Below, piece by piece: positions 55,901 through 62,066 of a stretch of DNA of 64,000 bases (position 1 is its first letter; every line of letters starts with the position of its first letter). Made by a program: the position numbers and the translations under genes. Source of the DNA: Octopus sinensis (Eukaryota); contig NC_042998.1 of the NCBI RefSeq assembly GCF_006345805.1, forward strand, positions 197,532,001 through 197,596,000. Reading direction: 5' to 3'. Below the pieces are notes generated by a model. That model had not been told where the DNA came from, did not search any database, and was given only the letters and a program-made list of their open reading frames with translations.

Positions 55901-58900
55901 AGACCCCAAAATAGTTGATTAGCTCCAGGTTGACCTGAATGTGCAAACTGATGATCAAAGACCCCCAGCTAAGACCATCCCATCTTTTATATTTTATAGA
56001 CCCCAAAATAGTTGATTAGCTCCAGGTTGACCTGAATGTGCAAACTGATGATCAAAGACCCCCAGCTAAGACCATCCCATCTTTTATATTTTATAGACCC
56101 CAAAATAGTTGATTAGCTCCAGGTTGACCTGAATGAGCAAACTGATGATCAAAGACCCCCAGCTAAGACCATCCCATCTTTTATATTTTATAGACCCCAA
56201 AATAGTTGATTAGCTCCAGGTTGACCTGAATGTGCAAACTGATGATCAAAGACCCTCAGCTAAGACCATCCCATCTTTTATATTTTATAGACCCCAAAAT
56301 AGTTGATTAGCTCCAGGTTGACCTGAATGTGCAAACTGATGATCAAAGACCCTCAGCTAAGACCATCCCATCTTTTATATTTTATAGACCCCAAAATAGT
56401 TGATTAGCTCCAGGTTGACCTGAATGAGCAAACTGATGATCAAAGACCCTCAGCTAAGACCATCCCATCTTTTATATTTTATAGACCCCAAAATAGTTGA
56501 TTAGCTCCAGGTTGACCTGAATGTGCAAACTGATGATCAAAGACCCCCAGCTAAGACCATCCCATCTTTTATATTTTATAGACCCCAAAATAGTTGATTA
56601 GCTCCAGGTTGACCTGAATGTGCAAACTGATGATCAAAGACCCTCAGCTAAGACCATCCCATCTTTTTCTTGGAAAATGTGTATCTACCATTACTTTATC
56701 TAACGTGTTCCTTCCTTTTCTGGATAGATGGTTTGATTAAATGGAGATTTAGCAGCTACATCTAGCTTGTTGAGTGACAAGAGTTTTCTTTGTTGGATTG
56801 TCATATTTACGTATTTTCAAGAAAGGTCAGATATATGGAGGGAAGCCGTGGTGAGAAAGACTGAAAACCAGATACAATGTTAGTCCACATTGTTTAAAAT
56901 CCAGAAATGTGATATAAAGTCTAAGTGCTGTGTTATTTCACACTGTTTAAAATATAGAAATCTTTATATATAAAAAAGTTGTGTGTCTGTCTCCTACGAT
57001 TTAGATTCCTAACTACTCCCACATTTTGCGGTGCAGTGTAACCAAAACCGGGTATCTTATAGTCGTGATTCATATCGAGCCCTTCTGGGTATTAGCGCGC
57101 ATCTACTATGAGTCTACGATTTAAAAAAAATTTACCATCATTTTTTTCCATTTTTAATGCATTTTTTCGCTATTATATAAGGGAAGTAACTCTCTAAAAA
57201 TGTCTACGATGAGTCAACGATTTAAAAAAAATTTACCATAATTTTTTTCCATTTTTAATGCATTTTTTTTGCTATTTTTTGGCTATAACTCTCTAAAAAT
57301 GCTTATATAGTTATTTCCCTTACAAACCCGAGCAACGCCGGGCGATACTGCTAGTGTGATATAAATGAAAATCTCAATAGAATGGTTGAAAATATCAAAT
57401 GGATTATGTGTTTAGGATTACTTAATCAAGTGAGGAAAGCTAGTACTCATGATTCTTTTCAGGGCCTCTGGTGATAAAAAAGCAAGGAATTATCCTCATA
57501 CCATAGACCTGGCCCAGATAATTGCAACAAAGTGGATTCTGGAATTCTGCTTGAAAGACCAAGAATAGTATTAAATGGACAATGAAATTAGTGGATATCA
57601 GTTTGTTTACTGATGATACACGTTCATAAATTTAATAGTTAAGAGATCCTTAATCTCATTGTGTCACCAGAGCTCTCTTTTGCCTTCATGTAACATGTAT
57701 TTAGGGGTGAGTTATTTAATGAGACCCATTCCTCTCTCAGCTTTACCTTACACATAGGATTTGAACTTAACACTGCAAGTTAACAAAATGTCATTCCTTA
57801 GTTACACAGAGTTGATGTTACAGGTGATGTAATATCAATTTACAGCCAAGTAGGTTTCATTAATATTTATTTCTTTATTGCCCATAAGGGGCTAAACACA
57901 GAGGGGACAAACAAGGACAGACAAAGGGATTAAGTCGATTACATCGACCCCAGTGCGTAACTGGTACTTATTTAATCGACCCCGAAAGGATGAAAGGCAA
58001 AGTCGACCTCGATGGAATTTGAACTCAGAACGTAACGGCAGACAAAATACAGCTACGCATTTCGCCCAGCATGCTAACGTTTCTGCCAGCTCGCCGCCTT
58101 AATTAATTTTGGTGAATTATTCCTGTTGTGTAGTGTTGATTTATTGCTAGATAGACAGGCTATTTTCTTAACAGGCTCAGTGTAGTAACAATGGTAAGAT
58201 ATGAATTAGCAGGCTAATTGACCACACAGTTGGTTCCCTGTTGTTGTCAATGGGGATGTAACAGAAACAACAGAGTGCTGGACCAAATACTTGTGGTATT
58301 AAGTCGTATTCCTTTGCATTTTGAGTTCGACTGTAACTGGGACCAATTTTGTCTTGTAGGTTTCACTTGACATTTGTAGAGGGCTCCCTTTTACTCTTTT
58401 ACTTGTTTCAGTCATTTGACTGTGGCCATGCTGGAGCACTGCCTTTAGTTGAGCAAATCGACCCCAGAACTTATTCTTTGTAAGCCTAGTACTTATTCTA
58501 TCGGTCTCTTTTGCCGAACCGCTAAGTTACGGGGATGTAAACACACCAGCATCGGTTATCAAGCGATGTTGGGGGACAAACACAGACACAAATACACACA
58601 CATATATATACAACAGGTTCTTTTCACTTTCCGTCTACCAAATCCACTCACAAGGCTTTGGTCGGCCTGAGGCGATAGTAGAAGACACTTGCCCAAGGTG
58701 CCACGCAGTGGGACTGAACCCGGAACCATGTGGTTGGTAAGCAAGCTTCTTACCACAAAGCCACTCCTGCGCTTCCGGCTATTAGTTAAAACATTTTTTT
58801 TTAATCTTGGAAGAAAGACAGTCTTTGTGATGTAATCTTTTGTATGTCAAGGATGTTAGTTATCAGAAAAAAATTTAGTGATGGTGAGGCCTTGCATTTG

Positions 58901-60382
58901 TAATGAAATGCAAGTTTGGAGTGAGTTATCTAGATTGTACATGGATAACACTCAAGCACAGGATGTTAAGAAGGAGTGAGAAGTGGTTTCATCTGTGTTA
59001 GAGTGGAAGTTGTTAGAGATGATACCAAATAGGTTGTTGATGCCTAGAAGGAAGAATGTTAGATGAAGCTGTAGCTAGAAGTCCAATAGTGTTGATGGAA
59101 CATGGGTCAGGGAAAGCTCCATCTGCACTCATGGCTATGGTACAATCTAATAAGAAGTCACCAATCCAACAATTTAAGAGACAAGAGATGACAGAACCGG
59201 AGTTCTGTTTTTGATTCGACGGTCATTCGGAATGCTCACAACAGCCATATTCCTACCACTCTATGTCATGCTGGTGAGACCCATATTGGAGTACGGGATT
59301 CAAGCCTCTTCTCATTATCTTCTCAAAGACATACATCATCTCAAAAGAGTCCAGCAGCTGGCTACCCGCATGGTTCTTGGTCTCAAGAATTTGTCTTATG
59401 AAGAAAGGCTGAAGACGCTTGGCCTTTATTCTCTAGAAAAAACACAGCCGCCGTGGAGATGTCATTCTTGCTCACAACATCATAAGCGGAAAGTGTAACC
59501 TCTCAAAAGAGCTGTTCTTCACTCCTGCTCCAGAGCATCGGCTGCAGGGGTCATTCCGAAAAACTCTATCTGCGTCGATTTCATCTCAATCGAAGGAGAG
59601 GGGCTTTCTCCGTCCGGGTTGCGGATCTGTGGAATAAGCTGCCGAACGAGATAGTGAAGATGCCAACGACCGCTCAGTTCAAAGTCTCTCTTGACCAGAA
59701 ATGGCCTGAACTCTTTGCATGAACACCCTCCCTGTACATAACTCCATGTCCCCCTACATGGCCTTGCTTTTTGCTTTTTGAGCCAAAAAATTAACTTAAC
59801 TTAACCCATATGTAGGCAGTTTTGCTTCAATATGCAAGTGCCAAAAAGCTGCTGAGAGCTTTGTTAATGATAAAAATAGCAACTCCGTTTTCATCACATT
59901 TCAAGTGGGTGAGAGTCTACAATTGAGTGGCATCGTAGAGTAAGTCTCTGGTAGATCTAGATTTATAAAAGTTTAACTGGTGGTTATTCTCCTCACCATT
60001 TAATGGTTTTAGTAAATTTATAGAGAAAAAGTAAGCATTATACTGTCCAGCATAAATATAACTTGACTTCATTATATTTTTTCTGTAAAAACTTATTCTG
60101 ACATTAAATGAGTCAACTTCCCGTATGAATGTTTACATTTGTATACTCTTTACTCTTTTACTTGTTTCAGTCACGTGACTGCGGCCATACTGGAGCACCG
60201 CCTTTAGTCGAGCAAATCGACCCCAGGACTTATTCTTTGTAAGCCTAGTACTTATTCTATCGGTCTCTTTTGCCGAATCGGTAAGTTACGGGGACGTAAA
60301 CACACCAGCATCAGTTGTCAAGCGATGCTAGGGGGGACAAACACAGACACACAAACATATACACACACACATATATATATAG

Positions 60383-60413
<31 letters not shown>

Positions 60414-61836
60414 TACGACGGGCTTCTTTCAGTTTCCGTCTACCAAATCCACTCACAAGGCTTTGGTTGGCCCGAGGCTATAGTAGAAGATACTTGCCCA
60501 AGGTGCCACGCAGTGGGACTGAACCCGGAACCATGTGGTTGGTAATCAAGCTACTTACCACACAGCCACTCCTGCGCCTGTATGTTGTTTTTCAACAAAA
60601 AAAAATTTCTAAAAATATTCTGGAAACAATCTACTCATGTAATTTATGCACCCTCTAAAAGTTTATTTTTGTTTTTGCAGAATAAGTGCGCAAATTACAA
60701 GGGACTTTAGCAACAGTTCTTTTGTATTCCTGCATTCTTTCAATACTTACATCCATAGGAGTTTCTTTGAGTGTTTCCATGGTGACAAACTTCAGGATAG
60801 TGTATGTAAATCTTGATACAATAACCCAGGTCGGGTAGCCATTTCTGAGTTCTTGTGCAAACTTTATCTTCTCCGATTCCGGTGGACCTTTGAAAATGGT
60901 TAAAAACACATCAAACTTAGAAAACAGGGGTAGGAAATTGACAAAAATAAACATCAAAGATCAAATTTCAAACCATCATCATTGTTATCATTGTCATTGT
61001 CGTCATCATTACCTCCTCCCCCTCCTCCTTCTCTCCACCGCCTTCCCTCTGCATCCGACTGTTAAGTTTTATGGAAAATAGTAAGGTGCTTTTATAAGGG
61101 CCTGATACACAGCTTACTACCTCATGAAAGCTGGAACTGTTGACAAATACAGAATATCATTTTACTGATGTGTATAGATGTGTATAGAACTGTATTATCC
61201 TTTTCTGATTTTGCATATCATCATCATCATCATCATCATCATCATAACCGTTTAACGTCCGCTTTCCATGCTAGCATGGGTTAGATGGTTCAACTGGGGC
61301 CTGGGAAGCCAGAAGGCTGCACCAGGCTCCCGTCTGATCTGGCAATGTTTCTACAGCTGGATGCCCTTCCTAATGCCAACCACTCCGTGAGTGTAATGGG
61401 TGCTTTTTACGTGCCACTGGCACAGTGACCAGATGAGGCTGGCAAACGGCAAGGATGTTTCATTGGCTCACTCTAATGGGTGTAAGGTGTGGGTATAGCA
61501 GTAGCAATATCTCAGATGTTGGTGGTTTTCTAGTGTTTGGAGCTCTTGTGAATTCAATAAGGTTAGTAACTGTTCAGAGGAGGAATAATTCTTGATCCTC
61601 ACCAGAAGGCATAACATTTGAGACTCAGTTTTATCAGTGTTATCAAAGGTATTTAAAACTAGTCTGTATCAATGAGCAAATGAAGGAGGATCTTCTCTGT
61701 GGTCACTCTCACCTATGTCAATTAGGGAAGACCATGTTAGTTTATGCAGTTCTTCTGTACTCTATTAAGAAAGCAAGATGCTCTCAGCTGTGAGGCTTTT
61801 GATCACAGATATACTTGATTAGGGTTGACTTGGGGT

Positions 61837-61890
<54 letters not shown>

Positions 61891-62066
61891 GCAGCAGCAG
61901 CAACAACAACAACAACAATGACAAACAAATCAACTTCCTGCAGTGTGTAGTAAATCGTTTTACTTACCTAATATAAGTACAACTGGCTTCTTAGTGAGAG
62001 GAATATTTTCTTCAGGGGATTCAAGAGAAGGAACTCCATCTGGAATATTCCCTTCTGGCATCAGAC
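5075..62066 (-). CDS. Partial multi-exon gene (10 exons in window) encoding two tandem degenerate adenylate-kinase-like domains; continues beyond both ends
   Basis: Hand-spliced exons give an uninterrupted 1319-nt frame with phases 1-1-0-0-0-1-1-0-0-0-0 and GT..AG introns. The translation follows AK1/AK5 motif order twice: VVLILGPPESEK...FIVVDYP...QVAAFE...MNPVIAHY...[10 protein letters not shown] and LVLLTGIPGCQK...ILVLGYPK...QLDQF...TLPVINYY...[11 protein letters not shown]. The orthologue is not identified. Confidence 0.85.
5368..5499. repeat. (ATT)n microsatellite
   Basis: Direct. Confidence 0.95.
5506..5878 (-). mobile_element. Non-coding (AAT)n-tailed interspersed element, 5'-truncated copy
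   Basis: Reverse-complement match to 41206-41690; abuts the (ATT)n at 5368-5499. Confidence 0.7.
5879..6209 (-). mobile_element. Mariner (Tc1/mariner) 5' fragment: TIR plus HTH of transposase
   Basis: TA|CAGGATCTGATCAATAAGTATCCGGACT TIR; [35 protein letters not shown]. Confidence 0.75.
6290..6670 (+). mobile_element. RTE 3'-UTR-derived repeat
   Basis: Family match. Confidence 0.85.
6714..7370 (+). mobile_element. Old family-D-like SINE split by the CORE-type SINE at 6775-7211
   Basis: Head at 6714-6774 continues at 7212 (TTTACATTCTGAGTTCAAATTC...). Confidence 0.6.
6775..7211 (-). mobile_element. CORE-type SINE, full length
   Basis: Family match. Confidence 0.9.
7433..7832 (+). mobile_element. 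CORE-type SINE, full length
   Basis: Family match; inverted relative to 6775-7211. Confidence 0.9.
7911..8102 (-). CDS. Exon I (192 nt, phase 0 to 0): [64 protein letters not shown]
   Basis: Acceptor gactttatatttcag|, donor GTG|gtaggg; IGxP..hhYh.cp and TlPVi.yY are AK motifs. Confidence 0.9.
8190..8685 (+). mobile_element. CR1-type LINE 3' end with (ATT)n tail and an internal 123-bp tandem duplication
   Basis: TRGHIYKV...[13 protein letters not shown]; 8298-8420 is repeated at 8421-8543; sister copy at 36885-37240. Confidence 0.8.
8935..9321 (+). mobile_element. Non-autonomous Helitron, different internal sequence
   Basis: A|TCTCTCTCTATATAAA...CCCGAGCAACACCGGGCGATACTGCTAA|T (CTAG mutated to CTAA). 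Confidence 0.7.
9550..9924 (-). mobile_element. tRNA-derived SINE with the family A head and a third 3' tail (variant C)
   Basis: Same head on the minus strand; unrelated tail ending in CAA/CAG repeats; possible TSD TGCTGCTG. Confidence 0.8.
10072..10497. mobile_element. MITE with 28-bp TIRs
   Basis: TAGGATCTTTTCGGATTGACCGGCAGTT vs right-end reverse complement TAGGATCTTTTCGGTTTGAACGGCAGTT (2 mismatches); flanked by GAAT/GAAT; internal (CCCTAA)3 at 10371-10388. Confidence 0.8.
10525..10895 (+). mobile_element. RTE 3'-UTR-derived repeat
   Basis: Family match. Confidence 0.85.
11509..11895 (+). mobile_element. tRNA-derived SINE, family A, full length
   Basis: 12-bp TSD ACCTGTAATTAA at 11497-11508 and 11896-11907. 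Confidence 0.9.
12101..15460. repeat. 72-bp minisatellite, ~46 copies, built from GAT/AAT/GGT/AGT triplets
   Basis: Period measured as AGTAGTAATG at 12121 and 12193; one + frame reads ([24 protein letters not shown])n. Confidence 0.95.
15461..16100. repeat. Degenerate (GAT/GGT)n and (CAT)n(GAT)n(CAT)n microsatellites flanking the array
   Basis: Visible directly in the sequence. Confidence 0.85.
16520..16905 (+). mobile_element. CR1-type LINE 3' end, (AACT)n tail
   Basis: [30 protein letters not shown]; matches 22818-23415 and 59200-59805. Confidence 0.85.
17016..17427 (-). mobile_element. CORE-type SINE
   Basis: Family match. Confidence 0.9.
17560..18260 (+). mobile_element. Highly decayed L1/Tx1-like endonuclease remnant
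   Basis: Purine-rich decayed coding-like tract with faint motifs (VVANDL, RFLDQL, TYQSET..RDL.RV); many stops. Confidence 0.3.
18303..18475 (+). mobile_element. CORE-type SINE, left half
   Basis: Family match up to the internal (TA)n. Confidence 0.85.
18625..18800. repeat. Long inverted repeat: 72-bp arms, 4 mismatches, 32-nt loop
   Basis: Left arm 18625-18696 and right arm 18729-18800, compared base by base. Confidence 0.95.
18880..20315 (+). mobile_element. Decayed RTE LINE RT region
   Basis: [46 protein letters not shown]; many stops and frameshifts. Confidence 0.75.
20325..20839 (+). mobile_element. Ty3/Gypsy LTR-retrotransposon RT fragment
   Basis: [11 protein letters not shown]...VEEELD...[30 protein letters not shown]...[24 protein letters not shown]. 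Confidence 0.9.
20865..21135 (+). mobile_element. RTE 3'-UTR-derived repeat
   Basis: Family match. Confidence 0.85.
21450..21748 (-). mobile_element. RTE 3'-UTR-derived repeat
   Basis: Family match. Confidence 0.85.
21935..22342 (+). mobile_element. CORE-type SINE, full length
   Basis: Family match. Confidence 0.9.
22663..23650 (+). mobile_element. CORE-type SINE split by the CR1 insertion (halves 22663-22817 and 23420-23650)
   Basis: The two halves are collinear around the CR1. Confidence 0.85.
22818..23415 (-). mobile_element. CR1-type LINE RT C-terminus and 3' UTR inserted into a CORE-type SINE
   Basis: [31 protein letters not shown]...[13 protein letters not shown]; tail AACTAACTAACT. 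Confidence 0.9.
23665..24222 (+). mobile_element. RTE 3'-UTR-derived repeat, many modules
   Basis: Family match. Confidence 0.85.
24444..24560 (-). CDS. Exon H (117 nt, phase 0 to 0): [39 protein letters not shown]
   Basis: Acceptor catgtttttattgcag|, donor ATG|gtaagc; LGYPK corresponds to DGYPR. Confidence 0.9.
24624..25756 (-). mobile_element. Head-to-tail hexamer of SINE family D (185-bp units)
   Basis: Unit starts at 24806, 24991, 25176, 25361 and 25547; only the last unit carries the head; possible TSD TAGCATT at 24617-24623 and 25757-25763. Confidence 0.9.
25805..26160 (+). mobile_element. Older, diverged CORE-type SINE
   Basis: CCTTGGGCAAGTGTGTTCTGC core (twice), GAAACTGAAAGAAGCCC, (TG)n. 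Confidence 0.6.
26985..27422. repeat. ~440-bp imperfect (TG)n microsatellite
   Basis: Direct. Confidence 0.95.
27702..28012 (+). mobile_element. tRNA-derived SINE with the family A head and a different 3' tail (variant B)
   Basis: Same first ~180 nt as family A; 12-bp TSD ATATCTTACGTA at 27690-27701 and 28013-28024. Confidence 0.85.
28199..28598 (+). mobile_element. CORE-type SINE, full length
   Basis: Family match. Confidence 0.9.
28850..29550 (+). mobile_element. Two RTE 3'-UTR-derived repeats (28850-29259 with long (GAT)n; 29330-29550)
   Basis: Family match. Confidence 0.8.
30001..30646 (-). mobile_element. CORE-type SINE, split by a family D SINE and itself inserted in an RTE 3' end
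   Basis: The RTE 3' end at 29880-30000 resumes at 30648 (GTAAATTCCATTGTCTCAACC), matching 4995-5040. Confidence 0.85.
30233..30449 (+). mobile_element. SINE family D monomer inserted in the (TA)n of a CORE-type SINE
   Basis: GGCGAGCTGGCAGAAATGTTAGC...GGGTAGTAAAGAAATA between (TA)n runs. Confidence 0.85.
30769..30947 (-). CDS. Exon G (179 nt, phase 1 to 0): (G)[59 protein letters not shown]
   Basis: Acceptor tttcctttgtctcttatatttaag|GT, donor CAG|gtgagc; degenerate P-loop followed by an hiS.Gdll-like motif (CISIGQMV). Confidence 0.9.
31005..31482. repeat. (TA)n/(TACA)n compound microsatellites
   Basis: Direct. Confidence 0.9.
31483..31690 (-). mobile_element. Probable Penelope-like terminal fragment between two (TA)n runs
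   Basis: Contains a minimal hammerhead of the type associated with Penelope termini; family assignment inferred. Confidence 0.5.
31571..31605 (-). ncRNA. Minimal type I hammerhead ribozyme motif
   Basis: GUUU-CUGACGA-AGAGCUCCGCUU-GAAAC-GUU-AAAC: intact core, palindromic ACGU stem III, 4-bp stem I. Confidence 0.6.
33842..33970 (-). CDS. Exon F (129 nt, phase 1 to 1): (E)[42 protein letters not shown](G), inter-domain linker plus beta1 of domain 2
   Basis: Acceptor ttttctatttgtccaattag|, donor ACAG|gtaaca; phase-compatible with exons E and G. Confidence 0.85.
34345..35035 (-). mobile_element. RTE LINE 3' portion (RT end plus modular 3' UTR)
   Basis: [34 protein letters not shown] upstream of the UTR modules. 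Confidence 0.85.
35035..35345 (+). mobile_element. RTE (BovB-like) LINE C-terminal fragment with C2H2-type finger
   Basis: [27 protein letters not shown]...[21 protein letters not shown]. Confidence 0.8.
35483..35567 (-). CDS. Exon E (85 nt, phase 0 to 1): [28 protein letters not shown]
   Basis: Acceptor tttttgtcttccttgtcag|, donor ACAG|gtagct; AK terminal beta5/helix (iD...EeV..eI). Confidence 0.85.
35630..35859 (-). mobile_element. tRNA-derived SINE family D monomer
   Basis: Head GGCGGCGAGCTGGCAGAAACGTTAGC...GAGTTCGAATTCC; 20-bp TSD GGTCATAACATGATATATAT at 35610-35629 and 35860-35879. Confidence 0.9.
35990..36240 (-). mobile_element. RTE 3'-UTR-derived repeat
   Basis: Family match. Confidence 0.85.
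36290..37560 (-). mobile_element. Decayed RTE (BovB-like) LINE, split by a CR1 at 36885-37240
   Basis: [11 protein letters not shown]...KQGCV (37330-37520); LNNFHVRC...[11 protein letters not shown] (36680-36860); [15 protein letters not shown] (~36370). Confidence 0.7.
36885..37240 (+). mobile_element. CR1-type LINE 3' end (same family as 8190-8685), inserted into an RTE remnant
   Basis: Direct sequence match to 8190-8685 without the duplication. Confidence 0.8.
37675..38186 (+). mobile_element. CORE-type SINE with an RTE-tail fragment inside its (TA)n
   Basis: GTCCAAGCCATGCTAGCATGGAAAACGGATGCTAAACGATGATGAT at ~37912-37960. Confidence 0.85.
38514..39345 (+). mobile_element. CORE-type SINE split by a Helitron
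   Basis: Halves are collinear around 38709-39088. Confidence 0.85.
38709..39088 (+). mobile_element. Non-autonomous Helitron inserted into the (TA)n of a CORE-type SINE
   Basis: A|TCTCTATATAAA...CCTGAGCAACGCCGGGCGATACTGCTAG|T. Confidence 0.8.
39729..40268. repeat. Compound (AAT)n/(GAT)n/(ACT)n microsatellite
   Basis: Direct. Confidence 0.95.
40483..40597 (+). mobile_element. R4/Dong-like RLE retrotransposon extreme C-terminus plus 3' UTR, followed by (AAT)n
   Basis: [18 protein letters not shown] resembles the LQK....T.RI.RK.L terminus of this clade. Confidence 0.55.
40801..41160 (+). mobile_element. R4/Dong-like RT fragment (YMDD) interrupted by (AAT)n
   Basis: [39 protein letters not shown], resuming as CAATTTGGATT (QFG) after the repeat. 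Confidence 0.75.
41206..41690 (+). mobile_element. Non-coding ~490-bp element flanked by (AAT)n on both sides
   Basis: Second copy at 5506-5878; ends ...CTCTCTCACTC(AAT)n; no long ORF. Confidence 0.7.
42033..42560 (-). mobile_element. Head-to-tail trimer of SINE family D
   Basis: Junctions at 42150/1 and 42324/5; a single 17-bp TSD AAGTTTGAGAGCTATTC at 42016-42032 and 42561-42577. Confidence 0.9.
43030..43455. repeat. ~425-bp C/T-only tract
   Basis: Almost exclusively pyrimidines on the + strand. Confidence 0.95.
43545..43910 (+). mobile_element. Older diverged RTE 3'-UTR-type repeat
   Basis: GGTTGGCATTTGGAAGGGCATCCAACTG and CCATGCCAGCATGGAAAGCAGATGTTAAACGATGATG. Confidence 0.65.
43918..44174. 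repeat. (CA)n with recurrent CTA interruptions
   Basis: Direct. Confidence 0.9.
44490..45670 (+). mobile_element. RTE LINE 3' portion: RT C-terminus plus long modular 3' UTR and (GAT)n tail
   Basis: [14 protein letters not shown]...[11 protein letters not shown]...[17 protein letters not shown] runs directly into the GTGCCGGTGGCAC-module UTR. Confidence 0.85.
45945..46253 (+). mobile_element. RTE 3'-UTR-derived repeat
   Basis: Family match. Confidence 0.85.
46286..46486 (-). CDS. Exon D (201 nt, phase 0 to 0): [67 protein letters not shown]
   Basis: Acceptor cttttctcatcatttag|, donor GAA|gtaaga; matches the AK LID/C-terminal region (tY...PVi.yY.k). Confidence 0.9.
46675..46980 (+). mobile_element. 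RTE 3'-UTR-derived repeat
   Basis: Family match. Confidence 0.85.
47345..47770 (+). mobile_element. RTE 3'-UTR-derived repeat, ~4 modules
   Basis: Family match. Confidence 0.85.
47893..48263 (-). mobile_element. CORE-type SINE with a ~55-bp internal deletion
   Basis: GCACCGCC|AGTACTTATTC junction. Confidence 0.85.
48456..48560 (-). CDS. Exon C (105 nt, phase 0 to 0): [35 protein letters not shown]
   Basis: Acceptor tttgcttctaattttgcag|, donor TGC|gtgagt; matches the AK segment GFLIDGYPR..Q...FE. Confidence 0.9.
48650..48945 (-). mobile_element. Two old family-D-like SINE remnants directly preceding the 97-bp satellite
   Basis: Diverged TTGACTGGTACTTT...GCTGACCTTGGCAGGATTTGATCTCAGA and ATCGACCCCCAG..CTGGTACTTTATTTTATAGACCCC. 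Confidence 0.5.
48947..56666. repeat. 97-bp tandem satellite, ~80 copies, in intron B-C
   Basis: Unit GACCCCAAAATAGTTGATTAGCTCCAGGTTGACCTGAATG(T/A)GCAAACTGATGATCAAAGACCC(C/T)CAGCTAAGACCATCCCATCTTTTATATTTTATA; starts at 48947 and 49044. Confidence 0.97.
56961..57354 (+). mobile_element. Non-autonomous Helitron
   Basis: A|TC 5' end, subterminal hairpin CCCGAGCAACGCCGGG, CTAG|T 3' end; internal ~80-bp duplication. Confidence 0.85.
57868..58100 (-). mobile_element. SINE family D monomer
   Basis: Full-length match to 35630-35859. Confidence 0.85.
58390..58772 (-). mobile_element. CORE-type SINE
   Basis: Family match. Confidence 0.9.
59200..59805 (+). mobile_element. CR1-type LINE RT C-terminus and 3' UTR
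   Basis: [13 protein letters not shown]...[31 protein letters not shown]. Confidence 0.9.
60145..60579 (-). mobile_element. CORE-type SINE
   Basis: Family match. Confidence 0.9.
60751..60887 (-). CDS. Exon B (137 nt, phase 1 to 0): (G)[45 protein letters not shown]
   Basis: Acceptor ttttaaccattttcaaag|GT, donor GAT|gtaagt; degenerate P-loop; [11 protein letters not shown] resembles IMEKGELVPLD of AK1. Confidence 0.8.
61218..61450 (-). mobile_element. RTE 3'-UTR-derived repeat
   Basis: Family match. Confidence 0.85.
61845..61918. repeat. (AAC)n(CAG)n microsatellite
   Basis: Direct. Confidence 0.9.
61968..62066 (-). CDS. Exon A (99 nt, phase 1 to 1): (G)[32 protein letters not shown](G), linker plus beta1 of domain 1
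   Basis: Acceptor tttttgtttctttactccctctgtaag|GT, donor TTAG|gtaagt; joins exon B in frame to give VVLILG-PPESEK. Confidence 0.85.

Noticed and set aside
48947-56666. CRISPR-like array
   Set aside because: These are contiguous tandem monomers with no unique spacers, in eukaryotic DNA with no cas genes.
60690-60835. Plus-strand hydrophobic frame ([19 protein letters not shown]...) after a good-looking acceptor
   Set aside because: It is the antisense shadow of exon B; the minus-strand reading fits the AK motif chain.
61713-61761. Candidate 49-nt exon ([16 protein letters not shown]) with good splice signals
   Set aside because: It is open only as phase 0 to 1, which cannot follow exon A (phase 1 end). 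Exon A joins exon B directly and supplies the expected beta1 strand.
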